A stretch of 64,000 bases of DNA from NCBI GenBank assembly GCA_013265495.1, contig MU057651.1, positions 1,189,674-1,253,673 of the forward strand, given 5' to 3'. The stretch comes from Vicugna vicugna (taxonomy: Eukaryota). Position numbers and translations under genes: made by a program. The notes below the pieces were generated by a model. That model saw only the letters and a program-made list of their open reading frames with translations. It did not search any database and had not been told where the DNA came from. Below, piece by piece: positions 41,438-55,554 of this stretch (its first letter is position 1; each line of letters opens with the position of its first letter).

Positions 41438-43529
41438 TAATTACTGTGTATGCATTATGCGTCAGGCACTGTGCTGAGGCTTTTACATATATTATATGAT
41501 AGAATCTTTCCAGTAACCCCATGAAGAAGGTACTATTATTACTCCCATTTTACAGAGGGAGAAACCAAGGTTCACTGAGATTAAATGACTTGCCCAAAGT
41601 CATGTAGTTGTTATGTGGTGGAGTGGATTCAGAGCTAGGTAGGGTGCCCCCAGAGTCACTGTCCTTAACCATGAGTATGTAATGGAGCCTCTTATATTAC
41701 ATATGGCCTCCCTTCACTTGGGACATCTAACTTTAAAGATTCTGGCAATCCAGACACTTTGGATATGGGGTTTGCCTGGGAAGTTGGCAATAAGGCAGGT
41801 AGAAATGTTTCAAGATCTGCCTGTGTGGTCCAGAACATGAGACATCTGTATACTGTGGATATATCTCATGGAGCAGCTGCTATGGTTCCTTACACCCTAG
41901 GAATAGCACTGACTCTCTGTCAAGATCAAATTATTGAAGATATAGTTCAAGAGGAAAAGAGGATATATCTGGACTTCTTTCATTTGAAAATGATTAGACA
42001 CAAAGCAGTTAAAGAAAAGCTGAGGAAAACAGCCAGTGCATTTGCAGAGAAAATATTAAAACCATATCTCAATATAGGCAACTCAGATTAAGATAATAAA
42101 TATAGTTATGCTATCAGTTTTATCATAATATATGCTTTAGGTTCAATATCAAACTAAAAGCTATAAAATGTTTGTTTTTACACTGATTCTGCATTTCACT
42201 GAAATATATACAGTTGTTTAGTGTCTTTTCAAAGCAATGTTTCTTACCTTATTTCATTTTGGCTTCATAAAAACCTGGTAAGGTATAGGAGGGGAGGTAC
42301 TATCTTTCTTTTATAAAAGTATCAATTTAAGGTACAAAGTGAACAAGTAACTTACCAAGAGAACTGAATTAGAAATGAAGAAGTGAAATTTAGTCCACAC
42401 CACCAGGATTCAAAAATGGCACATTTCTTTATATCCTGACAACAAATGAAATCTGCTCTGAGCCTTCCACTTTTTCAGCAGGCTAAACACTCAATCTCAC
42501 TCATGGTTTTTAGACACCCTCCGTCTGCTAAGGTTGTTGAAAGCCCTAGCAAATCATACACAGACCAGAACTTTCAGGCCAGGCCCTCTGCCTTTTGTCC
42601 ATACTTATATGTTTATCATGCAAATGAACAAGACCCCTTGTAGGTAGATGTGTCAGCTGCTTCTGCGCCACCCTTGGACACTGGTGGCGGGTTTTTTTTT
42701 TTTTTGAGGTTGGCAGACTCATGGCCTAGTATCCAACCTCCCTTGATTGTGCAATGCAGTCATTCTCCTTTGAGATCTTGCCCCTTCTTTGGGGCACTAG
42801 ACAGGAGCAAGGGTAATCCTTGCTGTTCAAGGAAACTGACATTACTTCCATATTCTCTCTAGTCTTGGACTTCTAGAACTTCTAGGTCAAGCAGCTTCTG
42901 CCACCTGTACTCAAAAGTTCTCACCTCTTAACCTTCTGGGACAAGCCAGCATAATTTCCTTCAATAAATTTAGGCCTCTGAAATAAAAAACTCTGGATTC
43001 AGTTGACCTCCTAGGTGCCTGGCAACTTCTGTCCTTGACCTTGTAAAATGAAAACTTTCAAGACAAGACAACAGAAAGACTTAGCTATGTTTTGATTTGG
43101 GGGAAAGAAAAATACCTGCAGGGGCAAAAACAAATTCTAAAAAATTAGTATCTCAATAAATAATCCTACCACAAACTCTACTACAATCCTTATTGGTTGC
43201 TTTTTATTTTAGGAGTGTTACTTGTAAGTCAGTAGTAACCATGGATCTACATTTTTGCAGTTGATTTCAAGTCTGTGCATATCTATTGAATGAACACGAT
43301 GTTCCTACTACTGTACTATGTATTATATGGCACATGTAGGATGAAAAATGTATAGTCTTTTTCTTTGTCTTTGAGATGTAGGGAAATGAATCCACATGTG
43401 CTCTTTGATAATCTGTTGCTGGTAAATTTCAGATTCTACTATGCCAGGGGCTAGGATTTTCTTTCTTAAAAAATTATGCCCTTTATGGAGAGTATTTTGT
43501 TTTCTTTCTTTTCTCCTTCTTGCAATTCA

Positions 43530-46500
43530 CTCAGGAAACATTATATGCTAGTCATGGGGCCAGGAATATAGAAAGATGGCATTGTCTTTGCCCTCAAGAA
43601 GTAGAAACAAGGTGGAGGAAGAGAACAGAGCTACAATATCAGAGTGGCCAGAGGAGGCAATGTTTAATTTAGGATACAAAGGATGAGATGGAGTTTACTG
43701 GAGAAGTAGGGAGGAAAATTCCAGAAAGAACTAATAGCATGGGCAAAAGAGGGAATAGAATTCCTTAAAATAAAAATAGGGAAGTGAAATAACAGAATGC
43801 CCAAGGAACTATAATCTGGCTGATGTAAAAAGTCTGTGGGGAATGATGGCGAAAGACAAGGCCAGGGAGCTAGTCTGGGGTGTGACTGAAAATGTTCCGA
43901 TATGCGATGTTAAGGAGTTTGGGATTCTTCTTAAAGGCAATGAGACGCTAACCAAAGGTTCAAGTAGGGATGTGACAAAAGCATAACAGCATTCTTTGAA
44001 TGCTCCTTCTGACAGAGGTGCCAAGGATACACTGGAGGAGGGTAAGACTGGATACAGACAGAGTAATCAGGTGGCTCTTGGTAAGAGTTGATAGCATAAG
44101 GTTACAGCAATAGAAATGGATTTGAGATAATACTGATGAACTAAGGGTAAAAGATGAAAGAGAAGTGGGAGTTAAAGATGACTCCCAGGCCTGGGTAATC
44201 AGGTAGATAAAAATGACATTAAGCAAAATAGGGAATACCCAAGAGGGTAAAAGTTGTGTATAATGAGTTCTGTTTTAGATATGTTGAATTTCAGGCATCT
44301 TTGGGACACCAAGGGAAACTATCTGATAAGCCAATTGTAATATCAGTCTGCAGCTTGGTTAGATAAATCAGGGTTGTAGTTAGAGATTTGTGAGTCATCA
44401 GAATACAGATGTTGAATAGACTGATGACAATAAATGTAGAGCAAAAGACAGATCTGGGGATAGGAATCTGAGGGATGGGTATGTAGCTGGAGTAAGAGAA
44501 GATCCCAAAAGAAAGTGAGAGAAACAGTATTCAAATGAGGACTAGAATAGAAAGGTGTCATGGAAGATACAAGAGAAGAGAGGTCCTGGAAGGAAGGGAT
44601 GATCATCAGTCACCAATGCAGAGTAGAGGTCAGATAAGACAAGAACTGGAAGGGCCACTATGAACCGGACAATTTGGACGTCACTAGTGGCTTTTGTTGG
44701 ACCCATAGTGGGAGGATAAGCCAGATTTCTGTGGTTTGAGAGCTTAAGAGGAGACAAGGAAGAAGGAAACAGTATATGAGGCTTATTCTGTCAAGAAGGC
44801 TGGCAGTAAACAGAAAGTGAAAAATGAGATGGCAGCACAGTAGGCAAAGTTGAAAGAAAGATTGTTTAATGTGGAAGAATGCCAGTGAGAATGATAGTGG
44901 GGCTCGGAGAGAGGAGAGGGCTAATTCATGGAGTTGAGTCTCAGACAAGTCAGGGGAGGAAGGGTTTTAGCCCAGTAGTTTTCAAACTGTGGTGAAGGAT
45001 CAGCTTTTTAAATTTCCAATCTGTTGCAGACTAGCACTTTGGTAAAATATAATAAAAATGAATTACTAGAAAAAAGTGTAATAAGAAACAAAGACATTCA
45101 AAATATAAGCCCCAATTGTTCATGATTAGATCCAATAAACATACAATTACTTTATCAGAGAGCTAAAAAAGTTTCTAAATTCTTGCTCTCGATTTCAGTG
45201 CTTATGTTGTTGTGGGTCAATATCAAACAGTTTCAGGATTGTAAGAGGTCCACCACCTTCTTTGGGTCCACTACCTACTGTGAATAGCACTATTCTAGAC
45301 CATAACACCTGTAAAGAGGGGAGGAAAGAACACCCCTTCTTCCAAGAGAGAGGAAGGAAGGAGGAAAGGATGGGAGAATAGAGAGAACACTTAGGAGTGG
45401 AATGAAGGAGAGTTGAGAGAATTTCCACCTGAAAATCTTTTTATTTTTTTTTGTAGTGAAGTAGGTAGTCTTGACCTTATGGAATGAGTAAAGGATAAAG
45501 GGAATGGAGTGGGAGGATTGGAGGAGTGTAGTAATAGGTTGAAACAGCTGCTGTGGGAAATGAGCAATGGAACTGAATACAGATGAATAAAAGAGTTGTA
45601 GAACAAGAGAGAGAAGGCTCAGCTGAGGCTGGAAATCATAAATTTGTTATGGAGCCAGTCAGGCCAATTTTGTGATTTTTCCTAGCAGTTCTGTGCCTCA
45701 GAGCAGGGGTAGAAGAACATATGGTGGGGTTCCAGTAATATGGTGGGCTACATATGCAAACTGACTCTCCCACAGAAAACAACAAAAAATGCTGGATAAA
45801 ATGCAACAAACACCTTCCTAAAGGTGTCACAGAGCTGGAAAGGTAGTAAGGAATTATAAGCCCAGATCAAAATGAAGGCAGACTGATGAAGTTTCTTCTT
45901 TGAGAGCATTTGCTGAACTTAATTTAAGCTTCAGGGAACAAGCCATAAGTGATGTGAAAACACACAGCCAAAAGCCTACCCAAGGGGAGGAATCTAATAA
46001 GGTTTCTCTCCAGATAAAACTGGTATGACAAGGAGCTAAACCATCAGTGTACCAGTGAACCAGAAATAACTCTCTATGCACGCACATACACACACACGCA
46101 TACATAAGGGGACTTTGAGGAAAGCAGTCTTGGCACTAAGTGGATAGGGAGGCACCTGCCCTGAGAGGCTGTAAACACAATCTCATCTAATAAAGATTTA
46201 CAGCCTGAATTCACATTACCCAGGTGCTCTGAAATACCTCAAGCTTTGAATTTAGTTTCAAATAGACCCAGACTGGTAGTGCCACCAGGCACCTGGCAGA
46301 ATGCAGATCCTCTCTGCAGGAACCCACCCTCATCCTAAGCCTCAAAATCTTCCCAGAAATAACTTTCCAAAGAAATGAGGAAATCTTAATTAAAAATCAC
46401 TAAGCACACAACAAAACGGGGTACCATACCTAGGACAAATAGTAAGTCCAAATGAGATAGATTTGAATCCAAATGTATAAGTAATTTTATTTAAATACAA

Positions 46501-47700
46501 ACAGACTAAACTCTTATGTTTAAAGATAGACTAAATTAAAAAAAAACAACCATATGCCATTTACAATGGTTACATTAAAGCATAAAGACACAGAAAGATT
46601 GACAGTAAAAGGATGGAAAAAGACATTTCACACAAATACTAACTAAAAGAAAGCTGGTACTGCTATATCAGTATCAGACAAAAAGGATTTTAAGGCAAGA
46701 AAGCATTACGAAAGATATAGAGGGTCATTTCTTTTTTAATAAAAATACAATCTAATAGGAAAGGTATAAAAATATTAAATTAAAATAAATAAAGCAAAAA
46801 TCAATAAAACTATAAAGAGAAATAAAGTCCATAATCATAACCAGAGCTTTTAACACACCTTTCTCACTAAACAGACTGAAAAAATAAGTACGTAGATGCT
46901 TTGAATAGCACAATTAACAAAACTGATCTAATAGTGCATAGAACACTGAACCCAACAATTGCAGAGTACATTTTCTTTTCAAGCCCACATAGAAGGCTCA
47001 CCAAAATTGATCATATACTGAGTCATAAAGCAGAGGATTAAAATAATACAAATGGCATTGTATGATCACAATGCAATTAAGCCAGATATCAACAGCAAAA
47101 TGATAACTACAAAAACCATATATGTTTGGAAATTTTAAAACATGCCTTTAAATACACCATGGGTCAAAGAAGAAGTCATATTGGGAAGTGTAAAATATTT
47201 TGAACTGAACTAAAATGAAAATACTACCTATCCAACCTTGTGGATATTTGAAGAGGGAAAAAAAAAAGGCTGAAAATGAATAAACTGGGCATCAATTTTA
47301 AGGAGCTAGAAAAAAACCAACAGAACAAACCCAAAGAAAATAGAAGGAAGGAAAACATATGATGAAGTTGATCCAGGATTAGCGGTTTGCAGAGCAGATG
47401 TGGTCAAAAGTAATAAGTATGAAGGAATGGAGGAAGCTAGTGAAAATGTGAGCAGAGAAGCAGGTGAAGTGGAGGTGGGTAAAGGAGGGAATGTTGCGAA
47501 GATTGGAGAATAGGGATGGGTCTAGCAATATGAGCTCACAAAGACATCACAAAGCAATTGAATGGTAGTGAGAGGTAAATACATAGGAGTTTTTGATTAG
47601 CATGGAATTTTAGAGTTAAAGGTTTTATATTTAAATAGTTCTAAATGAAGAAAATATTTGGCATGTGGCCATGTAAGTGGGTTGCTGAAATGAGGTGGAA
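43530..47700 (-). mobile_element. Long L2 remnant interrupted by a hAT MITE (~44973-45292) and an L1 (~45725-47353)
   Basis: Purine-rich antisense L2 motifs are continuous across both insertions. Confidence 0.7.
45725..47353 (+). mobile_element. Old L1: 5'UTR-like region joined to ORF2 endonuclease region, 3'-truncated
   Basis: EN-region motifs (GGATGGAAAAAGAC, AAAGCTGG..GCTATA..ATCAGACAAA); flanked by degenerate repeat AACATATG at 45716-45723 and 47354-47361. Confidence 0.7.
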
Positions 47701-48539
47701 TACTCTTAAGTATCTGTTTATAAGTCTTTCTCTGACTCTCATTGGTTTGTAAGACTTTATAGGATTGGAAACACCTTATTAATCTCTACATCCCTGCTGT
47801 GGGGTCTGTCACATAACAGATGCTCAAAAAATGTTCGTCTCTCCTAACTAATATAGACACTATGCCAAGCACTTTATACAAATTCTCTTGTTTAATCGTT
47901 ACAAAAATTCTACGAGGTACTTACTAATATGCAATTTAAGAGATAAGGAAAGTAAGGTTAAGTAACTTGCTTAAAGTTGTGCAATGAATGAAAGGGTGCT
48001 GTGCTAAAAGCCTAGGAGTAGATGTTTACTACAGTGCCAGACAAGCTATGCCCAAAGCAATCACTAGGCCCTGTTATGATTCTGCAGAGCAAAATTTTGC
48101 TGAAGCAGTAAAAACATCACAACATCAAAAATTTTCACTGGAACCCCCAAGCTGGTTTATAAAAATGCACATCCTTCCTCTTTGCCTCTCAACTGTCTAC
48201 TTCTCTCACCCCATCACTCCTCAACTACCACCCAACTCCAAGCATTGTATTGCCTGTCTTCTTCCTATGATCATCATTTCCATCTAGTTCAGTCCTCCCT
48301 CTTTTCTGGTTGATCCTTTCTTATCCATCTCCCTATTTATGAACTAGAAAAGAATAATAATTGATGTTTTGAGATTTCAGTATTTGTGCTGTTCAGGAAA
48401 GAAGTGTTTTGGGGTTAATTTATCTGTCCAAGAATTACTTCTAGGTATACTTCACTGAACACTTTGTAATAATGACCATCAAAGAAATAATGCTTATAAT
48501 GATAATAATAACAACTACTACTTATAATAGCTCTAGAAA

Positions 48540-49790
48540 CTATCCATAATTAAATCAAAGCCATTCTTTGACTCAACATTTCTCTCTAGCTATCCCCTCA
48601 TTTCTCTGATCTTCTTCAGAGCCAAATGTTTCAACAGAGTTGTCTGTATACACACTACTGGCATTTCCTCACCTCCCTATTCACTTTTCAACCCACTCTA
48701 GTCTGGCTTCTGGCCCCTCTGCTCCAACAAAACAACTCCTGTTATCACAACAAGCAACCTCCATATTGCCAAATCCAATAGACACTTCTCTATCCTTATC
48801 TAACTTGAACCCCCTGTAGCATTTGACATAGTTAACCTTTCCCTCCAACTTAAAACATTTTCTTCTTTGGATATTGTGACATGACACTGCTCATTTCCCC
48901 CTTACCTCACTGGCTGCTCTTGTTTAGTCTTCTTTGCAGATTCCTCCTAACATTGTGGTACTTCAGGACTCACTCCTTGGTTTTCCTCTCTTTTTTCTTT
49001 ATGCTGTCGACCCTTGGTATCCACGGGGCATTGGTTCCAAAAGGCCTTTCTCATACCAAAATCTGCAAATGCTCAAGTCTCTTACGTAAAATGGTATGAT
49101 ACCACAAATACAGCCAGCCCTCCATATCCACTGGTTTTGCATCTGCAGATTCAAGAAGTTGAGGCTCTAAATCCATGGGTTGGTTGAATCTGCGGATGTG
49201 AAATCCATGGATACAGAGAGTGACTGCATACCTTCTCTAGGTCATCTCATCCAGATCATGGCTTCTAATACCATCTATATACTGATAACTCTCAAGTTTC
49301 TCTAGTCAAGATTCTAATCTGAGCTCATAACATGCATATTTGACTATCTACTTGACATCTCCACTTGGATATCTAGCACATACTTTAAACTTATTATGTC
49401 AAGAACTCTTGCTATTTCTCCCAACCAGCTCCTATCCCTATCTTCTCCATCTCAGTATGTCACCACCACTTATTTAGTTACTTAAAGGAGAAATCTAGGC
49501 ATCATATTTAATTCCTTCTTTTTCTTCACCTCAGTAACATATCTATCAGTAAGTCTTGTTGACTCTATCTATCTCCAAAATTTATGAAGAATATTTCTCT
49601 TCATTTCATCATAACTGCTACCACCTAAGTCCAGGCCTACCCTGGATTACAGAAGTTTCCTGATTGGTCTCATTACCTCCTCTCTGTTTTCTTCTAGTAC
49701 ATTCTCCATAGAGCAGCAAAATTGATCTTATTGAATCTTTCAGTGGCTTCCCATTTGGCTCTTTGAATAAAAGCCAAAAATATTTATTAT
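48540..49790 (+). mobile_element. L2 LINE remnant
   Basis: Pyrimidine-rich L2 motifs (GCCAAATCCAAT, GCATTTGACA, CTACTTGACATCTCCACTTGGAT). Confidence 0.75.
49004..49226 (+). mobile_element. TcMar-Tigger MITE (MER2/MER8-like)
   Basis: GTCGACCCTTGGTATCC...TTGGTTGAATCTGCGGATG...GGATACAGAGAGTGACTG termini. Confidence 0.75.
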
Positions 49791-49824
49791 GGTTATGTAT
49801 GAGCCTGTCTTGCCCCTCGATAAG

Positions 49825-52800
49825 TAAAGAGAAGACTTAGACAACACTATATACCAACTAAACCTAACATACATCTATAAAGCATTCCACCCAGTAACAA
49901 TAGAATACATCATCTTCTCAAGTGTATGTGGAATAGTTTCCACTGTAGTTATATGCTAGGCCATAAAACAAGGTTCAAAACATTTTAAATGATTGAAGTC
50001 ATAGAAAGTATATTCTGTACCAGGAAGGAATGAAATTAGAAATAAATAACAGAAAGAGATTTGGGAAACTCACAAATATATGTGGAAATTAAAACACTCA
50101 AATAACTAAAGTATCCAAAAAAATCACAAGAGAAATTAGGAAATATTTTAAGATGAACAAAAGCAAAACTACAACATACAAAACTTTATGGAATGAAGCT
50201 AAAGTAACGCTTAGAGGGAAATTTATAGCTGTAAGAACTTTTTTTAAAAAATCTGAAATATCTCAAACTAAAACCCTAAGTGTTCACCTTAAAAAACTAG
50301 AGCAAAGGGTAAAGTAAACCCAAAAGCAAACATAGGGAATAAAATAATAAAGATTAGTACAGAGATAAATGAAATGGAGAATAGAAATTCAGTAGAGAAA
50401 ATTAATGAAACAAAAGTTAGTTTTAGAACAGCAAAATTAACAAGCATTTAGTTAGACTGATCAAGAGGGAAAAAAAAGAGAGAAGATTGAAACTACTCAA
50501 GTCAGAAATGAAAGAAAGGACATTACTATAGACCTTACAGAAATAAAAAGGATTAGAAGAGAATACTATAAACAATCATATGCTAACACATTAGATAACC
50601 TAGATGAAATGAACAAATTTCTAGAAACACACAAACTGCCAAAAGTGATTTAAAAAAAAGAAAATCTTAATAGACCTATAACAAACAGCAAGATTGAGTC
50701 AGTGATTTTTTTAAAAAAATTCTCCAACAAAGAAAAGCCAGGACCAGATGGCTTCTCTGGTGAATTTGACACTTTTAAAGAAGAATTAATACCAATTCTT
50801 TTCAAACTCATCCAAAATACATAAGAGAAAAAAACTTCCCAACTTGTCCAATGAGGTCAGTATTATCCTTATACCAAAACTAGACAAAGACACCATGAGA
50901 AAACTCAGACCAATATTTCTTATATAGATAGAATATAGATTAAAAATCCTCTACAAAATGCAAGCAAATTGATCCAGCAACATATAAAAAGAATCATACA
51001 CTGTGACCAAATGGGATTCATCCCAGGATTGGAAGGATGGTTTAACATCCCCAAATCAATTAATGTAATACACCATATCAACAGCATAAAGGACAAAAAG
51101 CACATGATCCTTTCATTACACAGAAAAGGCATTTGACAAAATCCAACCTTTCATGGTTAAAAAAAAAGTTCAGCATTGATTTCATTTTTAATTCACTAGG
51201 GAATACATTTTTCCTGGATTGTTCTGTTTGCTTATTTTTGCGTGTCTAGTAACTTTTTATTGTATATTGAACAACTGTGATAATAAAATGTAAGAGTGTA
51301 GAGAAAAAAAAAAGTTCAGCAAACTAGAAATAGGAGGGAACTTCCTCAACCTAATAAAGGGCATCAGTAAAAAACCCACAGCTAACATTGTACTTAATGG
51401 TAAAAGACTAAAAGCTTTCACTTTAAGATCAGGAACAAGACAAGGATGTCCTCTCTTGCCAGTTTTATTCAATATTGTACTGGTGGTTTTAGCTAAAGCA
51501 ATTAGACAAGAAAAAGAAATAAAAGATATCTAGATTGGAAAGGAAGAAGTAAAAACATCTATTTGCAGATGACATGATCTTGTATATGGAAGATATATAT
51601 CTTGTATACTAAGAAATTCAATAAAAATTATTAGAACTAATAAACAGTTCAGGTGGGTTGTAGGATCAATATATAAATATCAGTTATGTTTCTATACAGT
51701 GTACAATCCAAAAACTGAAATTAATAAGAACAATTCCATCTACAATAACTTCAAAAAGAATAAAATACTTAGAAATAAGTTTAACAAAATAAATGCAAAA
51801 TTATACTCTGAAAACTATAAAACATTTTTGAAGGAAATTTAAATAGACCTTAATAACTGAAGAGAAATCCCATGTTCACGGATTGAAAGACTTAACATTG
51901 TTAAGATGTCAGTACTCCTCAAATTGATCTACATTCAATGCAACACCTATCAAAATCCCAATTGGCTGCTTTACATAAATTGACAAGATGATCATGAAAT
52001 TAATATGGAAATGCACTGGATCCCAGAAAAGCCAAAACAATCTTGAAAAAGAAGAACAAATTTAGAGTACTCACACTTCCTAGTTTCAAAACTTACTACA
52101 AAGCTACAGTAATCAAGACAGTGTAGTGCTGGCCCAAGCACAAACATATAGATCAATGGAATAGAATTGAGGGCCCAGAAATAAACCCTTATATTATATT
52201 TGATTGGTTTTTGACAAGAGTGCCAAGACATTTCAATGGGGAATGAAATCTATTCAACAGATGTTGGCTGGGACAACTGGATATTCATATGCAGAAGAAT
52301 GAATTTGGATCCTTTCCTCACACTATGTACAACAATTAACTAATAATGGATCAAAGACTGAACTGTAAGAGCTAAAACTATGGAACTCTTAAAATTAAAC
52401 CTCGATGTAAATCTTCATGACCTTGTATTTGGCAGTGGTTTCTTAGACATAGTATCAAAAATACAAGCAAAAAATAAATTGGACATCATTAAGAAAGTGA
52501 AAAGACAACCCATAGAATGGAAGAAAATATCTGAAAATGCTATATCCTGGTATCACATATATATAAAGATTCTTACAACCAAAAAACACTAAGACAACTC
52601 AATTTTAAAATAGGCAAATGATTTGAATAAACATTTCTCCAAAAATGATATACAAATGGCTGATTAGCACATGTTAGTCATTAGAGAAATGCAAATCAAA
52701 ACTACAATGAGATACTACTTCACACCACTAGGATGGCTACAATAATAAATTTTCTAAAGTATAAAAAAAAGTTTTAGCAAGAATGTGGAAAAACTGGGAC

Positions 52801-53455
52801 CCTCATACACTACAGGTGGTGTTTTAAAATGGTGTAGCTGATTTGGGAAACAATCTGCCAGTTCCTCAAAAGGTTAAATATGGAGTTACCATATAACCCA
52901 TTATATATATATAAGATTCCACCACTAGGTATATATTTAAGAGAAATGAAAACATAGATCTACATAAAAACTTGTACATGAATGTTCATTGTAGCATTAT
53001 TCATTATAACCAAAAAATGGAAACAACCCAAATGTCAATCAATTGATGAATGGTTAAACAAACTAGTATAGCCATATAATGGAATGTTATACTGCCACAA
53101 AAAAGAATGAAGTACTGATAGATACTACAACATGGAGGAACCTTGAAAACATGATGCTAAGTGAAATAAGGCAGACACAAAAGGACAAATATTATATGAT
53201 TTCTTTTACATGAAATGTCCGGTAGGCAAATCTATAGAAACAGAAAGTAGATTTTTGGTTGCCAGGGGCTGTGAGGTGGGGGTCATTGGGAGGGAATGGA
53301 GAGTGACTGTTAACAGGTATGGAGCTTCTTTTTGGGGTGATGAAAGTGTTCCAAAATTATGTTGGTGATTGTGCAACTCCATCAATATATTAAAAACCAT
53401 TGAATTTAAATGGGTGGATTGCCTGCTTTGTGAATTATATCTCAATGAAAAGATG
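49825..53455 (+). mobile_element. Old L1 (L1MB-like), degenerate ORF2 and 3'UTR
   Basis: Continuous frameshifted ORF2 homology (GACCAGATGGCTTC, GGATTCATCCCAGG, TTTGCAGATGACATGAT) and L1M 3'UTR. Confidence 0.92.
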
Positions 53456-54170
53456 AAAGAAACAATCAGAGATGTTTGGGGGAATCACAGAGCAGGATGT
53501 AGCATAGGAAATTTCAAGCCCCTTTGAAAAGCCATATGCCACTATGACACATCTGCAGTAGAAATGGCAGTATGAAGGGTTAGTGAGAGACAGGCCTGTC
53601 AAGTGGAACGGAAGTAATCCAGAATTCCTTGTGGGGACCTGTAGAGGATGCAGAAGGCAGCTGAGAATTAAAAGGCAGTGTATTGCCTCTGCCAGGCAGT
53701 TGCTGTGGCATGAGTGAACAGCCCCAAAGTCAGGGGCTGGATGGAGGATATGGCTGAAGTTTAGAGGGCTAGAAGACCAGTCGGAGCTGAGGTAGGAATC
53801 CTGGACAGCAGTAAGTAAGGAGAGATGGCTGAGCTTCCTGACACAATCATTGTGCATTGCCCATACAGAGAGAAAAAGCCATAAATTATGGACATTTAAG
53901 CAGTGAATGGGGTGAGGCAAAATGAGCTAGACTTCAACTAGGATCCAGCAGAGATTATGGGATTCACTGCCATGAGTGAGTTTGAACTTTAAATCTAATG
54001 TGTGCACAAAAGAGACTTTTAATTCAGAAGACATTTTTACATTTTAATTGACAACCTTAATCTGTCCAACCTGTGCCCAACGTGTGCCTACAGGCAACTG
54101 GAATAGGTGCTCCAGAACATGATGAGATGAGTTATAGGAGAACAACTGTATGTTTATAATTAAATTTGGA

Positions 54171-54267
54171 AGGGGTGGATATAGCTCAGTGGCAGAGCAT
54201 ATGCTCTGCATGCACAAGGTCCTGGGTTCAATTCCCAGTACCTTCATTTAAAAAAAAAAAGCCAAAA
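54171..54267 (+). mobile_element. tRNA-derived SINE (camelid Vic-1-like)
   Basis: ATAGCTCAGTGG...GGTTCAATTCCC, poly-A tail, TSD TAAATTTGGA at 54161-54170 and 54268-54277. Confidence 0.85.
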
Positions 54268-55422
54268 TAAATTTGGAGGTGGAGCACACTTGTAGTATAT
54301 ATATTTTCTCACCCCATTAAATGCACAGAGGATAGTAGATGAAGTCTTTAGGGAAGAGAGAAAAGATGGAAATAGTCAAGTAAAGATTCTCCGAACTATA
54401 GTAGACACCTTCATGTTTTAGTTGCTCATAACTCCTCTAACTGCCTTCAAATAATACTCGTTTTGATCATCTTCTCCCTAAAAAGCTCTTCTTTCCAATC
54501 CACAACTAGCTAGCTTCTTGAATTCTTCCACATTCAGTATAGATATTAGCATATCTAAATCTCATTAAGGAGTTTATATAACTTTGTCCCAGTGAAATAG
54601 GTAGCAAAACAACATTCAGTTAGTTTGCACTGCAGTTAACAATAGAAGATATAAATGAAACAACTAGAAAACAGTCAAAAGTAGATCATGGTACTTTGGC
54701 TCATTATTGTGTTCATTAGATAAAGAAAGGATTCAGGAGGGAAGGATCTGATTTGTAATCAAGAAAACAAAAACTGATTTATCCATTTGAATTGAAAAGT
54801 AGGTAAAGAATTTCAGTATTTATTCACGTATTCATTCAAATATAAAAGGGAACTGATCACCACCTCTGCCGCTACAACCATGTGTCATATGTGTACAAGG
54901 TTAGATCAAAGTGGTAGCTAATAATATTACATTCTGCAGTTGTTCAAGGATGACAGTTGAGAAAGTTTGATGACAGAGGATAAAAATAACACTTGTTTGG
55001 GCATAAATGGAAGTTTTTTTTTTCATTGAACTATGTGAACATTCCTCATCTCACCCACACTGCCAGAAACCTAAGAAAATAATTTTGCAACATTAAAGTG
55101 TTCACTACTCATCAAATTACAATTATTCTTTTCCCTCCTGAAATGAAAAATAACTGTATTGTAAACATGAGAAAAAACTGAGGTAATGATAAAATAATCA
55201 GTAACTATTGAGCTTAATTCAATTTTCAGCTTTACTGCATAGTAAAAAATGTGCCTAACCATTGTTCAAGTAGTTTTTCACAGTTGTATAACATTTGATA
55301 AGAGTTAGTTAATAGCAGTTTAGAGGCAGAGGCAGAAGCAGAAATGCTTACAGTTTAAATGTGCTTTGTTGACAAAGAGACTATGGCCTAATTACATTTT
55401 TTATTTAAAAGAAACATGGAAT

Positions 55423-55554
55423 GGGGGTAAGGGTATAGCTTAGTGGTAGAGTGTGTGCTTAGCATGCACAAGGTCCTGGGTTCAATCTCCAGTACCTCCA
55501 TTAAACTAAATAAATAAACAAACAAACAAACGTTAAAAAATTGAAGGAAAACAA
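55423..55554 (+). mobile_element. tRNA-derived SINE (camelid Vic-1-like)
   Basis: A/B boxes, (TAAA)/(CAAA) tail, TSD AAAC[A/G]TGGAAT at 55412-55422 and 55555-55565. Confidence 0.85.

Noticed and set aside
41759..42091. 110-aa ORF with protein-like composition
   Set aside because: Non-ATG start, no recognisable homology or clear splice context.
53435..53920. 161-aa ORF on the - strand
   Set aside because: Non-ATG start, no recognisable domain, runs into an L1 tail.
54171..54245. tRNA-Ala-like sequences (also 55423 and 3197 on -)
   Set aside because: A-rich tails, TSDs and imperfect stems indicate SINEs, not tRNA genes.
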